From contig OZ242296.1 in NCBI GenBank assembly GCA_965207735.1, positions 576,001 to 640,000 of the forward strand: a stretch of 64,000 nt of DNA, read 5' to 3'. Source of the stretch: Candidatus Versatilivorator sp. GTDB lineage: Bacteria; Acidobacteriota; Terriglobia; Versatilivoradales; Versatilivoraceae. The notes beneath the pieces were generated by a model, which ran no database searches, was not told the DNA's origin, and worked only from the letters and a program-made list of their open reading frames with translations. The position numbers and the translations under genes are program-made. Shown here piece after piece: positions 38,108 to 46,886 of the stretch. The stretch's first letter is position 1, and each line of letters begins with the position of its first letter.

Positions 38108-39500
38108 AGCTCTTGTTCCCCCCCCAGGGACCGGTGATGGCCAGGGTGATGCCCGGATTCTGGATGTTGGCAAAGAGGGTGGTTCCGTCGGGGGAAAAGG
38201 TCGAACCGGCAAACTCGGAGTTGTTGAAGACGTTGCGGCCGAGCTTGTAGAGGTCGCCCCGAGGAGTGACGCCGACCAGGAATTGCTCGTTCGGTCCATC
38301 CTCACAAAGGATCAGGTCTCCCCAGGGCGCCACCGTCAGGTTGTCGGCGTTCTCGACCAGGTTGCCGTCGTTGGGCTCGATGAAAAGTTCCAGTCTGCCC
38401 GGGCTGTTCTTCTCGCCGGGTTTTCCTTCCGCAGGACCGGGGGCGTAGCGCCACACCTGCCCCTTCTTGTTCAGACCGCCGTTGGTGCAGACAAAATAGA
38501 CCCATCCCTTGTCCCACCACATGCCTTCTCCCCTGGCGAAGCGGGCCGCACCCAGATCCTCGAATCCCCGATAGCGCAGGTCGTCGTCGGGGGACTCGAC
38601 CTCGTCGATTTCGACCCACTCCACCTCGAAAACATGTCCCGGCAGCACTTTGCGCGCATTCCAGTTTCGGGTGTCCAGACCGGGCTTGTCCTTCACTTTC
38701 AACACCTGCAGGCGTCCGCCCGCTGCCAGGTTTCCGGGCTGGTCGGGGATGAACCGATAGAGCAGTCCATCGCCCCGGTCCTCCGTTTCGTAGACGATTC
38801 CGGAATTGGGGTCGACGGCGACCGCTTCATGCACGAAGCGTCCCATGGCTTTCAGGGGAACGGCGAGAGTCAACCCGACTTCGCTGCTGGCCGGCACTTC
38901 GAAGTTGTAGCCGTGGTCCCTGGTGTAGAGTCCTTCCTCCTTTTGAATCGTCTCCTCGCAGGTAATCCAGCTTCCCCAGGGAGTCGGTCCTCCCGCACAG
39001 TTGCGAACCGTTCCGCCCAGGCTCAGGAAGTGCTTTTCCAGGCGCATCTCGCGGGTGTTGTAGACCACGGTGGTGGTTCCTCCCAGGCAGGCCCTCCTCC
39101 CACGGCCGGCGTCATACAATTTTTGCCGGTCTGCGTTCCTGAGCGACTGGTTGATGGGGCCAAAGGCTCCGATGGTCTGGTGATCGATGCCCAGCTCGTG
39201 ATTCCGGACCAGAATCGTGCTGCCTGCCGGACCCGGAAAGGCAGCCATCCCGTCATGCAGACCCGGAACTCTGTAGCCATCGTCCATCAACTCTCCCACT
39301 TTGGACAAGATCCGATAAGTGAAACCCGCGGGGAGTTCAATTACTCCCTCCGGATCCGATTGCAAGTCCCCATAGCCTGCCGGAGCATTCGGTTTGGAAG
39401 TGGGCCTTGAAAACCCGTTGCCGGTAAGGGAACGAAGCCCCAGAAAGCCCATGGTGCAGGCCCCGGACGCTTTCAGAAACGATCGTCGTGAGGAATTCAT
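38106..39500 (-). CDS. PhoX/DUF839 family Tat-exported alkaline phosphatase
   Basis: SRRSFLK Tat signal, HDGMAAF, NHE, NCAGGPTPWGSWITCEE, GRFVHEA, RGEG, NADN, SEFAG. Confidence 0.88.
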   Translation of the reverse strand: MNSSRRSFLKASGACTMGFLGLRSLTGNGFSRPTSKPNAPAGYGDLQSDPEGVIELPAGFTYRILSKVGELMDDGYRVPGLHDGMAAFPGPAGSTILVRNHELGIDHQTIGAFGPINQSLRNADRQKLYDAGRGRRACLGGTTTVVYNTREMRLEKHFLSLGGTVRNCAGGPTPWGSWITCEETIQKEEGLYTRDHGYNFEVPASSEVGLTLAVPLKAMGRFVHEAVAVDPNSGIVYETEDRGDGLLYRFIPDQPGNLAAGGRLQVLKVKDKPGLDTRNWNARKVLPGHVFEVEWVEIDEVESPDDDLRYRGFEDLGAARFARGEGMWWDKGWVYFVCTNGGLNKKGQVWRYAPGPAEGKPGEKNSPGRLELFIEPNDGNLVENADNLTVAPWGDLILCEDGPNEQFLVGVTPRGDLYKLGRNVFNNSEFAGSTFSPDGTTLFANIQNPGITLAITGPWGGNKS

Positions 39501-39641
39501 TTCGGTCTGCCTTTCTTGGGAGACGCCCGGCGCCGGTTCGTCAGAATCGCCGGTTCGATGCCCAGGTTCGTAGGGCGCTACCCTGATCTTCATTGATTCC
39601 GCGATGGGCTTGTATGTTAACAAGAACCGCTGTGTCACTCG

Positions 39642-39658
39642 CGTAAATTTATCGTAAA
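39642..39658 (-). promoter_or_regulatory. Possible Pho-box-like direct repeat
   Basis: TTTACG-N5-TTTACG (11-bp period) on the minus strand upstream of the PhoX-like gene. Confidence 0.3.
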
Positions 39659-39982
39659 GGGAATCCGGACGACCGACAAATCGAGAGAGGGATGCCATCT
39701 CAGGAATCCTTCCCGACCCGAATTGCGGCGCCCCGGGCGCCGACCAAAAAAGCCGTCCGGGGGCAGGCAACTGTGGTATTTTGGGGCGGCGTTCTTGCAG
39801 GCTTCGGAGCCGCCGGGCCACAGTCGGCGAACTCCGGCCGGGTGGCTGGCCTAAGGATAAAAAAGGTCTGATTTCAAGTCCTTATGAAGCGCATCTTTCG
39901 AGGCCTCCCGGACAGTATCGGGCAAGGCCATCCCCGAGAGCCATGAAGCGGGTCGGAACCCGCCGGCAGCGACATTCTTTCC

Positions 39983-41119
39983 ATGAGCACACTCCTCTCC
40001 TATTTTCGTGAGCTGGAACCGCAGATGGTCCAGTGGCTGATGGATCTGATCAACACCGATTCGCCTTCGGACAACAAGCCGGCGCTGGATCGGCTGGCCC
40101 GACAGATGGCCGACCGGTTCGACAGCTACGGCGCCGCGGTGGAAGTGGTCCCCAACCCGGAGGCGGGAGACCACCTGCTGGCCAGGTTTTCAGGGCCCGA
40201 TGCCCAGGGAAAGCCCCTGCTGCTGCTGGGGCACCTGGATACGGTTTGGGGTATGGGAGAGGCCGGGCGCCGTCCGGCCAGGCTGGAGGACGGTAAGATC
40301 TTCGGACCCGCTTCCTTTGACATGCGAGGGGGCACCACCTTGATGCTGGCGCTGGCCCACTATCTGTCGAGTGGCCGGGGGAGGTTGAAGCGGTCCCTGA
40401 CCATCCTGCTCGACTCCGACGAGGAAGTCGGCACGCTGACAGCTCGGGCCTTGATCGAAAAGGAAGCCCGGGATTGCCGGGCCGCGCTGGTGCTGGAGCC
40501 CTGCCTGCCGGGGGGCGCTGTCAAGACCGCCCGCAAAGGGGTTGGAACCTTTTCGATTTCAGCCGACGGTGTGGCCGCCCATGCCGGCGTGGACTATCAG
40601 AAGGGGGTGAGCGCCATTCAGGAGTTGGCCTACCAGGTCCTGGAGCTCTACAAGTTGAACAACCTGGATCTGGGAACCACGGTCAATCCGGGGGTCATCC
40701 GCGGGGGGTCCCGCTCCAACGTGATTGCCGACCGGGCCGGGCTGGAAGTGGACGTGCGAGTGGCCACCAAAGCCGAGGGAGAGCGCATCACCGGATGCAT
40801 TCACGGGCTCCAGCCACGGGTCGAGGGCAGTCGCCTTGCCGTCCAGGGGAACATGAATCGGCCGCCCCTGGAACGCAATCGGCAGGTGATTCAACTGTAC
40901 CGGCAGGCCCGGCAGTTGGCCGCCGAGCTGGGCATCGACCTGCAGGAGGGTTCGACCGGTGGAGGCAGCGACGGTTGCTTTACCGCGGCCCTGGGAATCC
41001 CGACGTTGGATGGCCTGGGCCCCGATGGCGCCGGCCCTCATGCCTTGCACGAACATGTGCTGGTGGAAAGCCTGGTTCCAAGAGCTGCATTGCTGACCCA
41101 CCTGGCCTTGAATCTATGA
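39983..41119 (+). CDS. M20 metallopeptidase (glutamate carboxypeptidase G2-like)
   Basis: GHLDTV, DMRGG, DEEVG, AHAG, GGGSDG, H..HE. Confidence 0.9.
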   Translation: MSTLLSYFRELEPQMVQWLMDLINTDSPSDNKPALDRLARQMADRFDSYGAAVEVVPNPEAGDHLLARFSGPDAQGKPLLLLGHLDTVWGMGEAGRRPARLEDGKIFGPASFDMRGGTTLMLALAHYLSSGRGRLKRSLTILLDSDEEVGTLTARALIEKEARDCRAALVLEPCLPGGAVKTARKGVGTFSISADGVAAHAGVDYQKGVSAIQELAYQVLELYKLNNLDLGTTVNPGVIRGGSRSNVIADRAGLEVDVRVATKAEGERITGCIHGLQPRVEGSRLAVQGNMNRPPLERNRQVIQLYRQARQLAAELGIDLQEGSTGGGSDGCFTAALGIPTLDGLGPDGAGPHALHEHVLVESLVPRAALLTHLALNL

Positions 41120-42228
41120 AGATCGAACAGATTGAGCTTCGGGAAGTACAGATGCCGCTGATCTCCTATTTCGAGACCAGCTTCGGACGAACCACGCTGC
41201 GGCGGGTGATTCTGGTTCGCGTCTTTGGAGAAGGCCTGGTTGGCTACGGAGAATCCACCGCTCCCGAGGGTCCCTTCTACAATCACGAATCCACCGCGAC
41301 CGCCTGGCACGTGTTGCAGGATTTCGTCGTCCCCAGGGTCTTTGCAGCGCAGATCTCCCATCCTCGGGACGTGGCTCCCCACCTCAAACGCATCCGCGGC
41401 CACAATATGGCCAAGGCCGCCGTGGAGACGGCCATCTGGGACCTCTACGCCCGCCTGCAGGGGAAACCCCTCCACCAGTTGCTTGGGGGCCGGCGGGAGA
41501 CCCTGGACTGCGGGGTCTCCATCGGCATTCAGGAGAGCCCCGGCAAGCTGCTCGACAAGATCGAGACGGAGCTGCTGGCGGGTTACCAGCGAATCAAGAT
41601 GAAGATCAAGCCGGGGTGGGACGTGGACGTGGTGAGGGAAGTCCGAAGGCGCTTCCCCGAGATCCTGCTCATGTGCGACGCCAACTCCGCCTACAGCCTG
41701 GCCGACCTGGAGCACCTGAAGGCTCTGGACGATTTCGACCTGTTGATGATTGAGCAGCCCCTGGCCTGGAACGACATCCTGGATCACGTCCAGTTGCAGA
41801 AGGCTCTGCGCACGCCCATCTGCCTGGACGAATCCATCCTGGATGGCGAAGATGCCCGCAAGGCCATCGATGCGGGGGCCTGCCGGATCATCAACATCAA
41901 GCTGGGAAGAGTCGGCGGCTACACCGAAGCCCTCCGGGTTCACGATGTCTGCCAGGAGCGCCGGATACCCGTCTGGTGCGGGGGAATGCTGGAATCGGGA
42001 ATCGGCCGGGCGCACAACGTGGCCCTCTCCACCCTGGCGAACTTCAGGTTGCCGGGGGATGTTTCGGCCAGCAAGCGCTATTTTCGGAAGGACCTGGTTG
42101 ATCCGGAAGTGGAAGTAGACCCGCAAGGCAGGATCCATGTGCTGCCGGATGCGGGCATCGGCTTCCGGCCGTGCCTGAAGACCATCGAGCAGGTGACGGT
42201 GAAGACCCGGTTCCTGCGGCCGCGGTAG
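41116..42228 (+). CDS. menC: o-succinylbenzoate synthase / N-succinylamino acid racemase (NSAR/OSBS subfamily)
   Basis: FETSFG, KMKIKPG, DANSAY, IEQPL, LDESI, WCGGMLE, PGDVSAS; ATGA overlap with the M20 gene. Confidence 0.88.
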   Translation: MKIEQIELREVQMPLISYFETSFGRTTLRRVILVRVFGEGLVGYGESTAPEGPFYNHESTATAWHVLQDFVVPRVFAAQISHPRDVAPHLKRIRGHNMAKAAVETAIWDLYARLQGKPLHQLLGGRRETLDCGVSIGIQESPGKLLDKIETELLAGYQRIKMKIKPGWDVDVVREVRRRFPEILLMCDANSAYSLADLEHLKALDDFDLLMIEQPLAWNDILDHVQLQKALRTPICLDESILDGEDARKAIDAGACRIINIKLGRVGGYTEALRVHDVCQERRIPVWCGGMLESGIGRAHNVALSTLANFRLPGDVSASKRYFRKDLVDPEVEVDPQGRIHVLPDAGIGFRPCLKTIEQVTVKTRFLRPR

Positions 42229-42270
42229 GATCCCTGGGGCATCAGCTCTCGATCCACAATGGGGCACCAG

Positions 42271-42302
42271 GGCAAAAAGATACCCACGAAGGGACATGAA
42301 GA
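42271..42302 (+). repeat. CCACGAAGGG repeat, copy 4
   Basis: GGCAAAAAGATACCCACGAAGGGACATGAAGA. Confidence 0.65.
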
Positions 42303-42323
42303 GACGCGATAGAGACTTTATTT

Positions 42324-42515
42324 ACATGGATGTACAGGATAAACAGGATTTTTTGGCGGGAGGATTCAACGCTTTGAGTTCAACCATCGCCCATGTTCCA
42401 ACACGGATTTTCCCAAGTACGCTCCCAGGCTCATGGGTCACTTCCAACCGGCGAGTCCGCATGCAGTGCCACAGCGTCTCGTCCTGATTATCCTGTCTAT
42501 CCTGTGAATCCATGT
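42324..42515. repeat. Inverted CAGGAT-periodic repeat pair (MITE-like)
   Basis: ACATGGATGTACAGGATAAACAGGAT (42324-49) versus reverse complement of 42490-515, ACATGGATTCACAGGATAGACAGGAT. Confidence 0.7.
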
Positions 42516-42631
42516 TCAATATGTAGTTAACCAGGTTAACGGGACATGTCCCCTGTTCCCGAGTGGCCATGAGAGGAGGTTGTTTCACTCTCGTATGATC
42601 CGCCCGGCACGGCGGGGCCCGGACTTATCTC

Positions 42632-43732
42632 TCAAACTTGTTTCGACTCAAGAGATCCGGTCCGCTCCAGCAATCGCTGCAAGGCTTCCTTCACCTGATC
42701 GGGCGTAATGCTAAGGATACAGTGGGGTTCGCCGTACACATCACAGCGGTAGCCGGGGCAGGGATTGCAGTCGAAGGGATTCTGCACGATTTCATGAGCG
42801 GCTTGCCAGGGGTGCCACAGGTCTGAATCGGAGGAACCGAACAGCACCAGCACGGGGACTCCCAATGCCGCCGCCATGTGGGTGGGGCCGCTGTCGTTGC
42901 CCACGAACAGACTGGCCTGATCCAGCACCCAGGTCAATTCAGAGATCGAAAGGCCCCAGATTGAAGCAGGCCGGGCTCGGCAGAGGTCGGCCACCCTCTT
43001 GATCTTGGACTCCTCCTCCTCGGTACCGACCAGCAGGGTGGCATAGCCGTACTCGTTCTGCAGGGTATCGGAGATCTCGGCAAATCCGGCATCGGTCCAC
43101 TCCTTGGTATGGAAGCGGGAACTGGGCTGAATCACGCAGACCGGCCGGGAGGGTGGGAGCCCGGCATCCCGCAGGCGAACCTCCAGATTGGACCGGAGAT
43201 CCGGGTCCGGAAAGAGGCGCGCCGGAGGCGCAGGACCTTCTTCCAGGCCCAGTCGATAGAGCCACTCCAATTGGAATCTGGCCGAGTGCCAGCGCACCCC
43301 GGGGGGCGGCGACGGCAGCCTGGTCCTGACGTTGTAGCAGAAGGAATTGCGATAGCCGTGCAGGCCGATACGATGGCGCGCACCGCTCATCCCGGTGAGC
43401 CAGGCGCTGGTAGTGCCTCCGTGCAGGTTGATACAGCAGTCGAAACGGTTTTTGCGGATCTGCCGCAGCGTCTGCCAGCGAGCCTTGGCGGTGGACCTTT
43501 GTTTGGTCCCGCGGACCTGCAGAGGGAAGACAGATTCCAGATCAGGATTGCGGCGCAGCGCTTCATCGTAGGGTTCTTCCACCAGCGCCGAAAGCTGCAG
43601 GTCGGGCCTCCAGGACTTGAGCGCGGCGTAGAGAGGGGTTGACAGAATGGTGTCTCCCAGAGAGCGAAGCCGGATGAACAGGATCCTGGAGCCGGGCGGA
43701 AGGCGGGTCAACAGTCCTTCTGGAGGTGTCAT
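42632..43732 (-). CDS. GT9 family glycosyltransferase (LPS heptosyltransferase-like)
   Basis: IRLRSLGDTILSTP, KEW, FVGNDSGPTHMAAALG, LFG, CNPC. Confidence 0.9.
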   Translation of the reverse strand: MTPPEGLLTRLPPGSRILFIRLRSLGDTILSTPLYAALKSWRPDLQLSALVEEPYDEALRRNPDLESVFPLQVRGTKQRSTAKARWQTLRQIRKNRFDCCINLHGGTTSAWLTGMSGARHRIGLHGYRNSFCYNVRTRLPSPPPGVRWHSARFQLEWLYRLGLEEGPAPPARLFPDPDLRSNLEVRLRDAGLPPSRPVCVIQPSSRFHTKEWTDAGFAEISDTLQNEYGYATLLVGTEEEESKIKRVADLCRARPASIWGLSISELTWVLDQASLFVGNDSGPTHMAAALGVPVLVLFGSSDSDLWHPWQAAHEIVQNPFDCNPCPGYRCDVYGEPHCILSITPDQVKEALQRLLERTGSLESKQV

Positions 43733-44068
43733 CTCGAATCCCTTGGGATTTCGGTTACAAGACTCTCCCAAAGCGTGCCCGTTGGCTTTGTACACCGAGC
43801 GCCTGACGGACATTCCAAGTCCGACAGCGCAGAAGTTGTCACCGAGCATTCGGGGTGCCGGATGGATGGCTATGATATCCCAATTCGCAGCGGACCGGCC
43901 GGCCGGGACCGGCATTGGATAGTGAATAGTGGACAGCCCATTTTCCCCTATTTTTGATCCGCACGGCAGGGCAATGGCCAGGATAACCACTCTCCACTAT
44001 CCACTAACCACTACAAACGGTGCTAGACTACCCGGACCCATCTGGATTTCCTGAAACAGGAGGACGCA

Positions 44069-45400
44069 GTGGCAACCAAGGCTGAGAAGCGCAGGGTTCT
44101 GGACGTCATCGACGGCATGCAGGAGGAAATTGTGACGGCCGTCAGCGAACTGGTGCGGATTCGCAGCATCAATCCGGGATACCCCGGGACCGATTACGAG
44201 GCGGAAGTCGGAGGCGAAACCCAAGCCAATCGGTACCTGGCGGGACACTACCAGCAGCTTGGACTGGACGTCGACCTGTGGGAGGTGGAGCCCAAGCGGG
44301 CCAATCTGGCCGGCGTATGGAAAGGGACCGGCGGGGGCAAGTCGCTGCTCTTCAATGGCCATATCGATACGGTTCCCACCGGCCTGCCCGAGACCTGGAA
44401 GTCCGGAGACCCCCTGAGCGGCAAGGTCGAGGCAGGCCGAATCTACGGCCGGGGGTCCTGCGACATGAAGGGACCGCTGGTCTCTCAGATGATGGCCATC
44501 AAAGCGATCCAGTCGGTGGGTGTCAAGCTCAAGGGGGACCTGACTCTCTCCGCCACGGCGGGCGAAGAGAATATGGACAGCGCCACCATCGGCGCCGGCG
44601 ATCTGCCCAAGCGGGGCTATCGGGCCGACGCCGCGGTGGTCTCGGAACCTTCGGCGCCACCTCACCCCCTGGCCGTGGTGCCGGTCTCGCCGGGCTTGTG
44701 GTGGGTCAGTGTGACTGTAGAAGGGAAGGCCAGCCACGCCTCCACCCGGGGAGAGACCTTTCGGGCCGGAGGCCTGGGAGCCGAGGTTGCCGTCAATGCC
44801 ATCGACAAGGGCGTTTATCTGGTCAACATGATCCGCAAGCTGGAAGACCAGTGGGGATTGACCAAGAAACATCCTCTGTTCAAGCCCGGTCACTTCACCA
44901 TGCTGCCGGGCGTCATCACGGGAGCCCCGCACGGCGTGCAGGTGCCCTTCTTCATTTCGGATTACTGCACGATCGAGTATTGCCTGTGGTATCACCCGGA
45001 GGATTCTCCCGAGGCTGTCCAGCAGGAGTTCGAGGACTACCTGCGCCATGCCTGCCAGCTCGACGAGTGGCTCCGAAACCATCCGCCCAAGGTGGAATGG
45101 AAGGTCAACTGGCCGGCCTATTCGGTGGACCCCGGCCATGCGATCTGTCAAGCCATGGCCTCTGCCCACGGGGAAGCGGCACAGGGAACACGCTTCGACG
45201 TGCCGGCCAGGTTCGCCGGATTCTACGCGGTGTGCGACGCTGCCTTTCTCAATCCGCAGGGGATTCCAAGCATTGTCTACGGGCCGGGAAGCATCCTGGT
45301 CGCCCACGCTGCCGATGAGTACGTGGAAATCGACGAGCTCATGGTGGCCACCAAGGCCTATGCCATGCTGGCCATGGATTGGTGTGAAGTGAGCGAGTAG
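44069..45400 (+). CDS. ArgE/DapE-family M20 deacylase
   Basis: LLFNGHIDTV, YGRGSCDMKG, GEE, SEPS, YGPG...AHAADEY. Confidence 0.9.
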   Translation: MATKAEKRRVLDVIDGMQEEIVTAVSELVRIRSINPGYPGTDYEAEVGGETQANRYLAGHYQQLGLDVDLWEVEPKRANLAGVWKGTGGGKSLLFNGHIDTVPTGLPETWKSGDPLSGKVEAGRIYGRGSCDMKGPLVSQMMAIKAIQSVGVKLKGDLTLSATAGEENMDSATIGAGDLPKRGYRADAAVVSEPSAPPHPLAVVPVSPGLWWVSVTVEGKASHASTRGETFRAGGLGAEVAVNAIDKGVYLVNMIRKLEDQWGLTKKHPLFKPGHFTMLPGVITGAPHGVQVPFFISDYCTIEYCLWYHPEDSPEAVQQEFEDYLRHACQLDEWLRNHPPKVEWKVNWPAYSVDPGHAICQAMASAHGEAAQGTRFDVPARFAGFYAVCDAAFLNPQGIPSIVYGPGSILVAHAADEYVEIDELMVATKAYAMLAMDWCEVSE

Positions 45401-45441
45401 AACCGCCGCCGCCCGGCATTTTGAGGGCTACAGGAGTGGTG

Positions 45442-46851
45442 ATGGACAACGACCCCATCGTTTATCCCTACATTCCGAACTCGGTCCCGGAAATCAAGAG
45501 GCGGATGCTCGAGGAGATCGGAGCCGGCAGTACCGAGGAGCTCTATGCCGAGATCCCGAGCCACTTGCGGTTCAAGGGACAACTGAACCTTCCCGACCCC
45601 ATCCTGGACGAGGCCTCGATCAAGAGGCACGTGGAGCGGTTGCTGCGGAAGAACCGGAACTGTACGGAGTACCTCAGCTTCCTGGGGGCCGGCTGCGCTC
45701 AGCACTACGTTCCGGCGGTATGCGATGAGATCAACAACCGTGCCGAGTTCCTCACGGCATATGTCGGGGAGTCCTATGCCGATCACGGCAAGTGGCAGGC
45801 ATTTTTCGAGTATGCCAGCCTGATGGGGGATCTGCTGGAGATGGATGTCCTGAGCTGTCCCCTGTATGACGGCCCTCAGGCAGCCGCCACCTCTCTGCGC
45901 ATGGCCTCGAGGATCACCGGACGCACTCAGGTGCTTTTGCCCGGATCCATGGGTGAGGAGACCCTGTCCGTCGTCAGGAACTATCTCAAGGGGGGTGGGG
46001 ACTCGGCTCTCGAAGTGGACCTCATCCAGTTTGATCCGGCAAGCGGACTGGTGGACATCCGAGACCTGAAGGCCAGGCTGTCGGATCGGACGGCGGCGGT
46101 GGTGATTGAAAATCCCGGCTACCTGGGAGTGATTGAAACCCGGGCCGAGGAGATCAGCCGAATGGTTCAAGCCCATGGCGCCGAATTGGTGGTCTATGCG
46201 GACCCCGTTTCGCTGGGCGTGATGGCCCCTCCGGCAAGTTACGGAGCCAGTTTCGCCTGCGGGGATTTCCATTCCCTGGGCATGCATCTGCTGTGTGGCG
46301 GCGGACAAGGCGGCTTTATCGCCACCCATGACGACATGAGGTATGTGGCCGAGTTCAAGGACTTGATGTTCGGTCTTACCGAAACGGTCCGCGAAGGGGA
46401 GTATGGCTTCGGAGAGGTGCTTTTCGAAAGGACCTCCTACGGTTCCCGGGAAAAGGGCAAGGAGTATACGGGCACCACCACCGGGTTGTGGGCCATCACG
46501 GCAGGAGTTTATCTGGCCTTGTTGGGGCCCAAGGGGATGCAGGAGCTGGGCCAGGTCATCATGCAGAAAGCCCAGTATGCCGCCAAGCGCATCGCAGGTA
46601 TCCCGGGCATCGAGGTTCTCTTTCCCACGCCCTTCTTCAAGGAATTCGTGGTGAGCTTCGCTGGCACCGGCCGGAGCGTGAAGCAGGTCAACAAGTCCCT
46701 GCTGGAGCACCGGATCATTGGCGGCAAGGATCTCTCCGGAGAATTCCCGGAACTGGGGCAGAGCGCCCTCTATTGCGTCACCGAAATCATGACCAAGGAA
46801 GACATCGACCGGCTGGTCATGGCCGTGGAGACTGTCGCAGGGCAAGGTTGA
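45442..46851 (+). CDS. gcvPA: Glycine dehydrogenase subunit 1-like (divergent)
   Basis: YPYIP, SFLGAG...HYVP, RAEFLTAY, LYDG, FFKEFVV, CVTE. Confidence 0.85.
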   Translation: MDNDPIVYPYIPNSVPEIKRRMLEEIGAGSTEELYAEIPSHLRFKGQLNLPDPILDEASIKRHVERLLRKNRNCTEYLSFLGAGCAQHYVPAVCDEINNRAEFLTAYVGESYADHGKWQAFFEYASLMGDLLEMDVLSCPLYDGPQAAATSLRMASRITGRTQVLLPGSMGEETLSVVRNYLKGGGDSALEVDLIQFDPASGLVDIRDLKARLSDRTAAVVIENPGYLGVIETRAEEISRMVQAHGAELVVYADPVSLGVMAPPASYGASFACGDFHSLGMHLLCGGGQGGFIATHDDMRYVAEFKDLMFGLTETVREGEYGFGEVLFERTSYGSREKGKEYTGTTTGLWAITAGVYLALLGPKGMQELGQVIMQKAQYAAKRIAGIPGIEVLFPTPFFKEFVVSFAGTGRSVKQVNKSLLEHRIIGGKDLSGEFPELGQSALYCVTEIMTKEDIDRLVMAVETVAGQG

Positions 46852-46886
46852 GCATCCGCTGACCGGTTGCCCCGGGAGACGATTCA

